The notes below the pieces were generated by a model, which was not told the origin of the DNA, did no database searches, and saw only the letters and a program-made list of their open reading frames with translations. A program made the position numbers and the translations under genes. A stretch of DNA of 36,580 nt, taken from NCBI GenBank assembly GCA_903856525.1, contig CAIOCH010000040.1:1-36580 (forward strand). Reading direction: 5' to 3'. Origin of the DNA: an uncultured bacterium (lineage in GTDB: Bacteria; Planctomycetota; Phycisphaerae; Phycisphaerales; SM1A02). Shown one piece after another: positions 26,350 through 33,856 of the stretch; within the stretch, counting starts at the first letter, position 1, and each line of letters begins with the position of its first letter.

Positions 26350-26435
26350 GTTGTTGAGTTGAGTCGCAAGACTCCTCCTAAAGAGCCCTTTTCCCTCCCT
26401 CCGCCCCCGGCCACGTGCCGGGGGTCTTTCATTTT
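26344..26435 (+). ncRNA. Candidate small RNA or terminated leader (~80-90 nt): 5' GNRA hairpin, C/U-rich single strand, intrinsic terminator
   Basis: The hairpin GAGTC-GCAA-GACTC lies at 26361-26374. A C/U-rich tract with CCUCC motifs lies at 26375-26403. The terminator lies at 26404-26435. No credible + strand ORF ends here. The 5' end is inferred only from the promoter-like hexamers. Confidence 0.3.
26404..26435 (+). terminator. Orphan rho-independent terminator-like hairpin in the intergenic region
   Basis: An 8-bp all-GC stem CCCCCGGC / GCCGGGGG with the 5-nt loop CACGT (26404-26424) is followed by TCTTTCATTTT. The T-rich tail is present only in the + orientation. Confidence 0.6.
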
Positions 26436-26740
26436 GCGTAGGTTTCGATTCCTGCCCCCGGGGAAGGCCCATTTTCTCCGCGAAAGGCCTGATTCCCGAT
26501 TCCGAGGACCGAACTCCGCACGTCGAATCCCCTTGCTGAGCGCCTCCGCTCGGGTTCCAACGCCCGATTTGCTCGCGGTTGATCTACCGGGGCCGTTTCC
26601 ATGCCGACCGAGCCCTCGTCGCGGACACATTGGCTCATCGGATCAACCGACATTTCCTCCTCGACACTCGCCGGGTGGTTGGACCAGTCGGTCCGTGCTA
26701 CATTCCCCCCCCTTCCAAATCGGACCCCGAGGACTGCACT

Positions 26741-27295
26741 GTGAACAGCACCGACCTGACGCCGGGCATGGCCATCAAGATGGATGGCAAGCTCTTCCTG
26801 ATCACCGAGACCGAGCACCGCACCCCGGGCAACCTCCGCGCGTTCGTGCAGATCAAGATCCGCGACCTCAAGTCCGGTTCGCTGATCGAGAAGCGTCTCC
26901 GTTCCGGCGAGGATGTGGAGCAGGTCGACCTCGATCGGCGCCAGATGGAGTACCTCTACGACCAGGGCGGCAAGTCGGTGTTCATGGACCTCGAGTCCTA
27001 CGACCAGAATGAGCTGCCCAAGGAGGTCGTGGGTGACCTCGCCCTCTACGTGCTCCCGAACACCCACATGATCGTGCTCTGGTGCGACGGCAAGCCCATC
27101 TCGGTCGAGCTCCCGCTCACCGTGACGCTTGAGATCACCGATACCCCACCCGGCATCAAGGGTGCGACGGCCACGAACCAGCTCAAGGAAGCGACCTGCG
27201 AAACCGGCCTCAAGACCCGCGTGCCGCCCTTCATCACCATCGGTGAGAAGGTCATCATCAGCACCGCCGACGGTTCCTATCGCAGCCGCGCCTGA
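26741..27295 (+). CDS. efp: Translation elongation factor P (Asn at the loop-tip position)
   Basis: 184 aa from the GTG at 26741, with a GAGGA SD sequence 7 nt upstream. It aligns residue-by-residue with E. coli EF-P. The segment DGKLFLITETEHRTPGNLRAFVQIKIRDLKSG corresponds to [32 protein letters not shown]. Domain II/III motifs are GIKGATA and TGLKTRVPPFI. Confidence 0.93.
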   Translation: MNSTDLTPGMAIKMDGKLFLITETEHRTPGNLRAFVQIKIRDLKSGSLIEKRLRSGEDVEQVDLDRRQMEYLYDQGGKSVFMDLESYDQNELPKEVVGDLALYVLPNTHMIVLWCDGKPISVELPLTVTLEITDTPPGIKGATATNQLKEATCETGLKTRVPPFITIGEKVIISTADGSYRSRA

Positions 27296-27346
27296 GCGCG
27301 CCCGATCGGCGACCGCGGAACGCCCGAACCAGAACGACCCAACCAA

Positions 27347-27379
27347 GGGAGCCGCAGTCCGCTGCGGCTCCCTTTTGTT
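27347..27379 (+). terminator. Rho-independent terminator after efp, possibly bidirectional and also serving convergent actP
   Basis: A perfect 11-bp stem GGGAGCCGCAG / CTGCGGCTCCC with the loop TCCG (27347-27372) is followed by TTTTGTT. On the other strand it is followed by TTGGTTGGG. Confidence 0.8.
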
Positions 27380-27412
27380 CGCACCCGCTCCGACGCAGCC
27401 ACGCGGGCCCGA

Positions 27413-29188
27413 TCACACGCCTGCGGCGGGAGCTTGGGCGTGCCGCGGCGCGGTCAGCAGCGACACGACGACGAGGACGACGAATCCGAGCGGCACCGTC
27501 ACGATCGCAGGCTGGCTGAACGGCACCAGCGCCATGGCGCGGGCATCCGCCGCACCGAACCCGTAGACCTTCTCCATGGTGTCCGCGGAGGCGAGCACCC
27601 AACCGAGACTCGAGAGCAGTCCGACCGCGATCGCCGCGATCACACCCTGCTTGGTCGTGCGCTTCCAGAAGAGCAGCATCACGAGCGCAGGCAGGTTGGC
27701 GCTCGCCGCGATGTTGAAGGCCCAGCCCACGAGGAAGGTCACGTTCATCTTCTCGAAGAGCACCCCGAGGATCACCGCGCCCGTCCCGAGCGCGACGGCA
27801 GCGATCTTGCCCATCCGGACCTGCTCCCGATCCGTCAGCTCCCAGCGGAGCACATCCTTGAGGAGGTCGTGCGCCACGGCTCCCGCCCCTGCCATGATGA
27901 GGCCGCTCACCGTTCCGAGCACGGTCGTGAAGGCAACGGCGCTGATGACCGCGAACAGCCCCTCGCCGAAGGTGCGGGCGAGGAGCGGCGCGGCCATGTT
28001 CGAGTCGGTCGGATCCAGCGCGCCACTCGTCATCGCACCAAGTCCGAGGTACAGGGTGAGCACGTAGAAGCAGCCGATTGCGCCGATGCCGACGACGGTG
28101 CTCTTGCGGGCCGCGGCGGCGTCCTTGACGGTGTAGTAGCGGATGAGGATGTGCGGAAGGCTCGCCGTGCCCAGGAAGAGAGCCAGCATGAGCGAGATGA
28201 AGTCGAGCTTGCCCGCGACGCCGTCATCGCGCACGCCCTTGAAGGTGGGATTCGCGCCAGGCAGCAGCAGATCGCTCCCCTTGCGCTCGACCGGCGTGAA
28301 GGTCGTGACGCCGTCGTCGCCCTGCGTGCGGCGCCAAGTGACCACGGTCGAGTCGGCGAAGGTGGAGAGGTAGGTGAGCGGCCCGAGCGGCCCCGTCGAT
28401 GACACGCCGCCGGGGAGCGCGGCGATGCTGCCGAATCCCACGCCGTGCGCCTCGCGGAGCCGCGAGTCGAGTTGGTTGTCGGGAGCGATCGGCGCGCCGT
28501 TGACGACGACTCCATCGGCCCCCCGCGAGAGGGTCTGCACGTCGCCCGCGCCAATCGGCGCGCGCGGCAGCGCGAACCCTCGGTCAAGGATCATTGCCAC
28601 GATCGCAGTGCACACGACCACCAGCAGCGTGCCCTTGACGAACTGCACCCATGTGGTGCTCACCATGCCCGCGGTCGCCACGATGACCGTGACCGCTGCC
28701 CCCACCATCACCACGCCAGCCCAGTGCGGCAGGCCGAGCAGCGGCTTCACAAGCGCGCCCGCGCCCACCATCTGCGGGATGAGGTAGAACAGCGAGATCA
28801 CCAGTGTGGCGATCGCGGCAACCAGCTTGACCCCTCGCGACTGGAACCGCGCGTTCAGCGCGTCCGCAAGCGTGTACTTCCCGAGCCGCTTGATCGGCTC
28901 GGCGATCACGAAGAGCGCCACGACCCAGCCGGCGAGGTAGCCGATCGAGTAGAGGAACCCGTCGTAGCCGAAGAACGCGATCATGCCGCAGATGCCGAGA
29001 AAACTCGCTGCGGAGAGATAGTCGCCCGCGAAGGCGATGCCGTTGACGAACCAGCCGATCTGGCCGTGCGCCGCGAAGTAGCCTCCCGCGCTCTTGGCAC
29101 GTGATCCGAGCCAGAAGCTCAGGCCGAGCACCGCGAGCACGAACGCCGGGAAGATCGCGACCGCCAGCGGCGAGGTCTCGTAGATCAT
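27413..29188 (-). CDS. actP: Cation/acetate symporter ActP (sodium:solute symporter family)
   Basis: Strong similarity to E. coli ActP blocks. [35 protein letters not shown] corresponds to [35 protein letters not shown]. Other matching blocks are [11 protein letters not shown] and QMVGAG. The ATGA overlap with the upstream DUF485 gene matches the canonical yjcH-actP pairing. Confidence 0.9.
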   Translation of the reverse strand: [591 protein letters not shown]

Positions 29189-29502
29189 GCCCGCGGCTCC
29201 GTGGAAGGTGTCGCGTGACGGTCCACCGTGGGCCGCGGGCCGAACGCGGCGTACACCAACGCAAGTCCGAATGCGCCCACGATGAGCGCGAGTCCCGCCA
29301 CGACGCCGACCGGCACGCCGCCCGCCACCCGCACGGCGAGTCCACCCGTTGCCTCGCCGCCCGCGAACGTCAGGAACGCCGCGACCAGCACGAATCCCGA
29401 GTAGCCCGCGAGATAAAGCGCAAACAGCACCGTGGCCAGCGCGCCGGGGCGGTGGGATTCAAACTGCTGCGACCCACCGGCCTCAGCCACGGGCCCCACC
29501 AT
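29185..29502 (-). CDS. yjcH: DUF485 (YjcH-like) small two-helix membrane protein
   Basis: 105 aa with two hydrophobic helices. The segment GGVPVGVVAGLALIVGAFGLALVY resembles YjcH RGIPIGVGVIVISFVLTGIY. It lies immediately upstream of actP and is translationally coupled to it. Confidence 0.75.
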   Translation of the reverse strand: MVGPVAEAGGSQQFESHRPGALATVLFALYLAGYSGFVLVAAFLTFAGGEATGGLAVRVAGGVPVGVVAGLALIVGAFGLALVYAAFGPRPTVDRHATPSTEPRA

Positions 29503-30274
29503 TCGTGAGGCGGGTCAGCGCGCGCTCGGCGAGCTTTCCGATGACCATGATCACCGCCACCGACAGCCCGATGCCCGTGACGAGGTACCAGGTGGGCGTG
29601 GTATCCACGACGCTCATGATGTTCGTGGCACCCGACTCGACCGCCGCAGACGCGAGGAACACCACGATCGCGGTGCGCGGCAGCATGCCGATCGGAGTCG
29701 CCGCCATCGCGAGCCAGAACGGCACCTTGGTGGCTCCCAGCGCGTAGTTCGTGAGCGCGAACGGCGAACTCGGCGGCAAGCGCAGGAGGGTCACGATGAG
29801 GAAGGTCTTTCCCAGCGATTCGCGGCTGAGGCTGTCGCGGATCACGCGGCCCTTCCGATGGCGGTCGATCCAAGCGTCGACGCTTCCACCCGTGACGATG
29901 CGCGCGAACATGTATCCGATCGCGGCACCGCCCGTGAACCCGACGATCGCGCCGAGCAGGCCGAGCTTGAGCCCGAACACCCAGCCTCCGAGGAAGGCCT
30001 GCGAGTAGGTCGGCAGGAGCCCGAGTCCCGCCGTGATCGCAAACACGGCCACATAGGCCCAGAAGCCGTGTTCGATGTCCGCCCGAAGGAAGGCAGCGAT
30101 GTTCTGCAGGTCGTACAGGATGTACATGCCCGCGAGCGGGGGCATGGTCACCCACAGGATCGCCAGCACCCCGCTCGCCATGAGGCGGTTCTTCGCCGGC
30201 GCGCGCGCCGCCGGGGCCTCGGGGGGCGTCGCCTGCCCGCGCTCGGATTCCAGAGGGGGGTCCTGATGGTCCAT
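29483..30274 (-). CDS. TVP38/TMEM64 (DedA-related, YdjX-like) family membrane protein
   Basis: The core segment GFWAYVAVFAITAGLGLLPTYSQAFLGGWVFGLKLGLLGAIVGFTGGAAIGYMFAR fits the SNARE-associated/TVP38 pattern, and the C-terminal half has multiple TM helices. The start is set at ATG 30274 (alternative 30307). The 3' end overlaps the yjcH start by 20 nt. Confidence 0.8.
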   Translation of the reverse strand: MDHQDPPLESERGQATPPEAPAARAPAKNRLMASGVLAILWVTMPPLAGMYILYDLQNIAAFLRADIEHGFWAYVAVFAITAGLGLLPTYSQAFLGGWVFGLKLGLLGAIVGFTGGAAIGYMFARIVTGGSVDAWIDRHRKGRVIRDSLSRESLGKTFLIVTLLRLPPSSPFALTNYALGATKVPFWLAMAATPIGMLPRTAIVVFLASAAVESGATNIMSVVDTTPTWYLVTGIGLSVAVIMVIGKLAERALTRLTNGGARG

Positions 30275-30416
30275 CGCGGCAAGGTATCGCCAATCCCCCG
30301 CCTGCACCCGCGCGACAGGTCGGGATCACGCACCGCTTGTGGTCTCCCGCGCCGCGGGTTGCCGATATCGACCCACCCGCGGACGGAGCCATCCTCCGCC
30401 CCGAGCGGAACGACCC

Positions 30417-30962
30417 ATGCGCAACTTCCCCACCATCACCCCGATCCTCGCCCTCGGCGCCATGGTCGCGCTCGAGACCGGCTGCACCACCCGCTCGCAG
30501 GTCTTCGAGGGCTATCCCGATGACCAGCTGTGGACCGCCATGGTTGCCTCGGCCAAAAGCCCTTCCTACGACGACTGGAAGGTGATGGACAACGAGGTGT
30601 ACGCCGACGAGCGCGCCCGCACCATCGAGATCTACCGAGTACTCAAGCGCACCTATGTCGCGCCCGAGTCGACCGTCCTCGAGGAGGAGCGTGCCTGGAA
30701 GTTCAGCATCACGCTCGGTCATGATGCGGAGGCCCTCGCCCCGAGCGTCGACTTCACGGCACGGCAGATGGCTGTCCCCGCCCATGTCTGGCGGGAGGCG
30801 GACCGCTACTTCGTGCAGATGCGGCTGCTTCTCGGGCAGCCCGCCTCAGGAAGTGCCTCCTCAGGAAGTGCCTCCTCGCCGTCGGCGGCGGCAGCCACCA
30901 CCCCGGCAGAGGCCGCAAAGGGCTCGCCTGCCGCGCCTCCCGCGGAAGATCTCCCCGAGTGA
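30417..30962 (+). CDS. Hypothetical lipoprotein with a Ser/Gly/Ala/Pro-rich C-terminal tail
   Basis: The signal peptide ends in an imperfect lipobox (MRNFPTITPILALGAMVALETGC). The globular part has non-shadow composition (W, Y, K, F, D). No family recognised. Confidence 0.55.
   Translation: MRNFPTITPILALGAMVALETGCTTRSQVFEGYPDDQLWTAMVASAKSPSYDDWKVMDNEVYADERARTIEIYRVLKRTYVAPESTVLEEERAWKFSITLGHDAEALAPSVDFTARQMAVPAHVWREADRYFVQMRLLLGQPASGSASSGSASSPSAAAATTPAEAAKGSPAAPPAEDLPE
30844..30873. repeat. Perfect 15-bp in-frame tandem duplication CCTCAGGAAGTGCCT x2
   Basis: Bases 30844-30858 equal 30859-30873. They encode SGSAS SGSAS in the lipoprotein tail. Confidence 0.9.
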
Positions 30963-30977
30963 CTCCGCGTCGCGGCC

Positions 30978-31688
30978 TCAGACGAGGTTCGTGTAGACCC
31001 GCTGCACGTCGTCGTGGTCCTCGAGCGCGTCGATCAGGCGCTCCACCTGCACGAGCGTGTCGGCATCGGCCTCCACGGTCTGCATGGGAATCCACACGAT
31101 CTCGGCGCTGTCGACGGCAATCCGTGCGGCCTCGATCGCACCCCGCACGGCGGCGAGGTCAGACGGTGCGCACAGCACCCGATACGTGCCGTCCTCGCCC
31201 TGGATGTCCTCGGCGCCCGCATCGAGCGCGCACTCCATGAGCCGCTCCTCCGTGGTGCCCTCCACGATCACCTGCCCCTTTTGCGAGAAGCCGAAGGATA
31301 CGGAGCCGGGCACGCCGATCTTGCCGCCGTTCTTGTCGATGATCACCCGCAGGTCGGCCGCGGCCTTGTTCGCGTTGGCGATCAGGCACTCGATGATCAT
31401 GGCCACGCCACCGGGGGCGTACCCCTCGTAGCGGGCGGGCTCGTATCGCTCCTCGCTCCCCTCTCCGGTCCCCTTGCGGATGGCCTTCTCGATGGTGTCG
31501 CGGGGCATGTTGGCGGCACGCGCCGCGTCGACGGCGAACCGCAGCGATGGGTTGAACGCAGGATCACCGCCACCCTTCTGGGCCGCCACGATCAACTGCC
31601 GGGAGATCTTGCTCCAGATCTTGCCGCGCTTCTTGTCGACCGCAGCCTTGCGGTGCTTGATGTTCTTCCAGGCGCTATGACCAGCCAT
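30978..31688 (-). CDS. yebC: YebC/PmpR (TACO1) family transcriptional/translational regulator
   Basis: Canonical N-terminus MAGHSAWKNIKHRKAAVDKKRGKIWSKISRQLIVAAQKGGGDPAFNPSLRFAVDAARAANMPRDTIEKAI, full length 236 aa. Confidence 0.95.
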   Translation of the reverse strand: MAGHSAWKNIKHRKAAVDKKRGKIWSKISRQLIVAAQKGGGDPAFNPSLRFAVDAARAANMPRDTIEKAIRKGTGEGSEERYEPARYEGYAPGGVAMIIECLIANANKAAADLRVIIDKNGGKIGVPGSVSFGFSQKGQVIVEGTTEERLMECALDAGAEDIQGEDGTYRVLCAPSDLAAVRGAIEAARIAVDSAEIVWIPMQTVEADADTLVQVERLIDALEDHDDVQRVYTNLV

Positions 31689-31823
31689 TCCTCAGCGTCC
31701 TCGGACCGCGCGCACCATGGCAGGATCGGCGCGGGGCATCTAGGGTAGGTGTTGGGTTCAGGTATCGATGCAGGTCATCGGACCAGACTGCAGGCGCGGC
31801 GGCGATCGCCATGCCCGCGATCC

Positions 31824-33299
31824 TCAACGACGTCCGGCTGACTTCCCGCCGCCGCGTGACTTCGTGGACCGCGCAGCGTTCTTGATCTTCGACTTCTGCT
31901 TCGGAGCCGTCTTGGACGAGGCCTTTGCCGTGGACCGGGAAGCGGGCTTGGAAGCCTTCTTGCCAAGAGCACTCTTGGTCGCGCTCTTTGAAGATGGCTT
32001 TGTCGGCAAGGCCTTGGCTGAAGCCTTGATCGAAGGCTTGGTCGAAGCCTTGATCGAAGCCTTGGTGGAGGTCTTGGCTGGCATTTGGACAGCCTTCGCG
32101 GCTGACTTCACGGCGACCTTCTTGGCCCGCTTCATGGCCGCCTTCTTGGCGAGCGCCTCAGACCTTCCGCGCCGCTTTGCCTCCGCCGCGGCCTTCTGCG
32201 CCGCCTTGCGCGCCTCGAGCTTCTCACGCTTGGCACGGGCCACCAGCGCCAGCTTCTCGCGCTTCTCCCGCAGAGCCGCCGCCTTGCGGTCAGCAGCATC
32301 CTTCTGGATGCGCTTGCGCTCGGCTTCCTTGGCCCGACGCTCCTCGTCCTTCAACCGCTGCTTCTCACGGGCCACGCGCTCGGCCTCACGCACGGCCTTC
32401 ATGCGCTCGCGCTCGGCGATCGCAGCCAAACGGGCCGCCTCGCGCTCGGCACGGGCGCGCACCTTGGCGTCCTCGGCCTCGCGCTTGAGTCGCGCACGCT
32501 CCTCCTCGCGGGCGATCTCCGCCTGGCGACGCTCCTCGGCAATCCGCTCGGCCTCGCGTTCCTTGGCCAGCTTCTCCTCCTCGACCCGACGCTGCGCAGC
32601 CTCGATGGCGGCACGGAAGCCCGCGTGACGCGCGAGATAGGCGCCGCGGATCTTGTGGCCGTTGCGTCCTGCGGCGTTCCACGCCTCGCCAGCCAGCTGC
32701 GACAGCGCGTGATGGACCTTGGGGAGTTCCTCGATGCGATGCGACTTCCCGATCCACTGCGCGACCTCCGCGGTGGTCGCGGTGGGCTCGACGGCACCGT
32801 TCTGGTGCAGCAGCTCCACCGTCGTGTCATCGACGATGGGCGCGGGAAGCTCGAACGCAACCAGCAGCGTGCGACCGGCGACAAACGGCGGGATCTCCGC
32901 CAGCCCCTCCAGATACGCCCTCTGGTCCTTGCGCGATGCGTTCCGCAGATGGTCAAGTGACGTCCGATGCTGCCGGCGGAAGATGTCGTTGAGGGTGGCC
33001 CGCAGCCGGCTCGCACGCTCGTCGACGAACGGGTACTTGTCGCCGATGGTCTCGCGCACCTCGCTCTCGAGCATCACCCGCAGGTCGTTGACATCGACGA
33101 CGACGCGGGCGATCCGCGCCAAAGCCTCCGTGGCCAACGCCGGGGTGCTCTCCCAGAGCAGGTAGTTGGTGAGCATCAGCGCCAACGGATCCGCTGGATC
33201 GCAACCCTCGAGCACCGGCGTCGAGAAACTGGGCGTTCCCGTGCCGAACTTCTTCACGAGCGCTGCGAACTTGGGGGCGCGGATCGGTTCCACCTTCAT
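31824..33299 (-). CDS. Hypothetical protein: EndoIII-like (HhH-GPD-like, degenerate) N-terminal domain + ER/K-rich helix + histone-H1-like Lys/Ala/Ser/Thr tail
   Basis: 491 aa. The ATG at 33299 overlaps the rbfA stop (ATGA). Residues ~35-215 follow the EndoIII pattern by manual alignment: DPLALMLTNYLLWEST vs SPFELLIAVLLSAQAT, and LEGLAEIPPFVAGRTLLVAFELPAPIVDDTT vs [30 protein letters not shown]. No Fe-S Cys cluster is present. Residues ~235-385 are E/R/A/K repeats. Residues ~385-491 are KA/KS/KT-rich. Confidence 0.7.
   Translation of the reverse strand: MKVEPIRAPKFAALVKKFGTGTPSFSTPVLEGCDPADPLALMLTNYLLWESTPALATEALARIARVVVDVNDLRVMLESEVRETIGDKYPFVDERASRLRATLNDIFRRQHRTSLDHLRNASRKDQRAYLEGLAEIPPFVAGRTLLVAFELPAPIVDDTTVELLHQNGAVEPTATTAEVAQWIGKSHRIEELPKVHHALSQLAGEAWNAAGRNGHKIRGAYLARHAGFRAAIEAAQRRVEEEKLAKEREAERIAEERRQAEIAREEERARLKREAEDAKVRARAEREAARLAAIAERERMKAVREAERVAREKQRLKDEERRAKEAERKRIQKDAADRKAAALREKREKLALVARAKREKLEARKAAQKAAAEAKRRGRSEALAKKAAMKRAKKVAVKSAAKAVQMPAKTSTKASIKASTKPSIKASAKALPTKPSSKSATKSALGKKASKPASRSTAKASSKTAPKQKSKIKNAARSTKSRGGGKSAGRR
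32008..32079. repeat. Imperfect 12-bp in-frame tandem repeat (~6 units) encoding the (K-A/P-S-I/T)n part of the basic tail
   Basis: The units are gaagccttgatc, gaaggcttggtc, gaagccttgatc, gaagccttggtg and gaggtcttggct (32020-32079), plus a degenerate unit at 32008-32019. On the coding (-) strand they encode AKTSTKASIKASTKPSIKASAKAL. Confidence 0.8.
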
Positions 33300-33856
33300 C
33301 GCGTCGTGTTCTCCGCGGGGCTGTCGGCGGCGGGTTCCGCCGGGGTTGGGTTTCCTTCGCTGCGAAGGATCGAGTCGAGCGCCGCCTGGCGCTTCAGCAG
33401 CACATCGAGCTCGAAGCCGATGCGCGGCACGCGGCCGATGCGGGTTCCCTCCATCACGCGGCGGCGCAGGAAGCCCGCCGCGGCGCGCAGCCCGGAGAGG
33501 GTGAGCGCGGCACGGTCCTCGGGAAGCACCGAGACGTGCACGCGGGCATCGGCGAGATCGGGACTGAGCACCACCTCGGTGATGGAGATCAGGCCCTGCA
33601 CGCGCGGATCGTTGAGCCCGCGCGCCAGCTCCTCCTGCAGGGCCCGGCGGATCTCACCGGCCACCTGCGCCGGGCGGTCCGATGCGGGCGCCACCGGTCC
33701 GAGCGGACCCGCCGCCCGCGCCGAGGAGCCGCGGCTGCGCGCGCCGCGCGCACCACGGCCACCACCCGGCGCCGTGGATTCGCGCACGGGCTCGGGCTTG
33801 CCGGATCGGGATCGTGGTCCGTCATCTCGCATGGGTTTCTCGCGCTCGACCCGCAT
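33296..33856 (-). CDS. rbfA: Ribosome-binding factor A with a ~60-aa Arg/Gly/Pro-rich N-terminal extension
   Basis: The core segment QVAGEIRRALQEELARGLNDPRVQGLISITEVVLSPDLADARVHVSVLPED...LRAAAGFLRRRVMEGTRIGRVPRIGFELD matches RbfA. The start is chosen at ATG 33856 (ATGA overlap with the infB stop). An alternative ATG is at 33832. Confidence 0.85.
   Translation of the reverse strand: MRVEREKPMRDDGPRSRSGKPEPVRESTAPGGGRGARGARSRGSSARAAGPLGPVAPASDRPAQVAGEIRRALQEELARGLNDPRVQGLISITEVVLSPDLADARVHVSVLPEDRAALTLSGLRAAAGFLRRRVMEGTRIGRVPRIGFELDVLLKRQAALDSILRSEGNPTPAEPAADSPAENTTR

Noticed and set aside
26341-26356. A sigma-54-like TGGCAC element (TGGCACATTGTTGTTG) in the efp-upstream gap.
   Set aside because: The -12 element is TTGT/TGTT rather than TTGC. 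The GG-to-GC spacing does not fit GG-N10-GC. A minus-strand TGG...TGC nearby is also off by one.
26256-26630. A minus-strand ORF (124 aa) and an internal 30-aa ORF (MCHWNVGMQVIEAIFLGIAQPVRPGGMVDP) downstream of GGAGGGAGGGA / AGGAGG motifs.
   Set aside because: The SD-like motifs are 25-45 nt from the ATG, which is too far. The longer ORF has shadow-type composition, and conservation cannot be argued from the sequence alone.
26025-26740. A possible tRNA, tmRNA, RNase P, SRP or 6S RNA hidden in the long intergenic region, and also in 1792-2182.
   Set aside because: Reading both strands, I could not find the hallmark motifs: GGTTCGAATCC-type T-arm, GAGGAAAGTCC of RNase P, the SRP domain IV GGAA/AGCA motif, or a tmRNA tag ORF. 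Only the small hairpin/terminator module was kept as a candidate.
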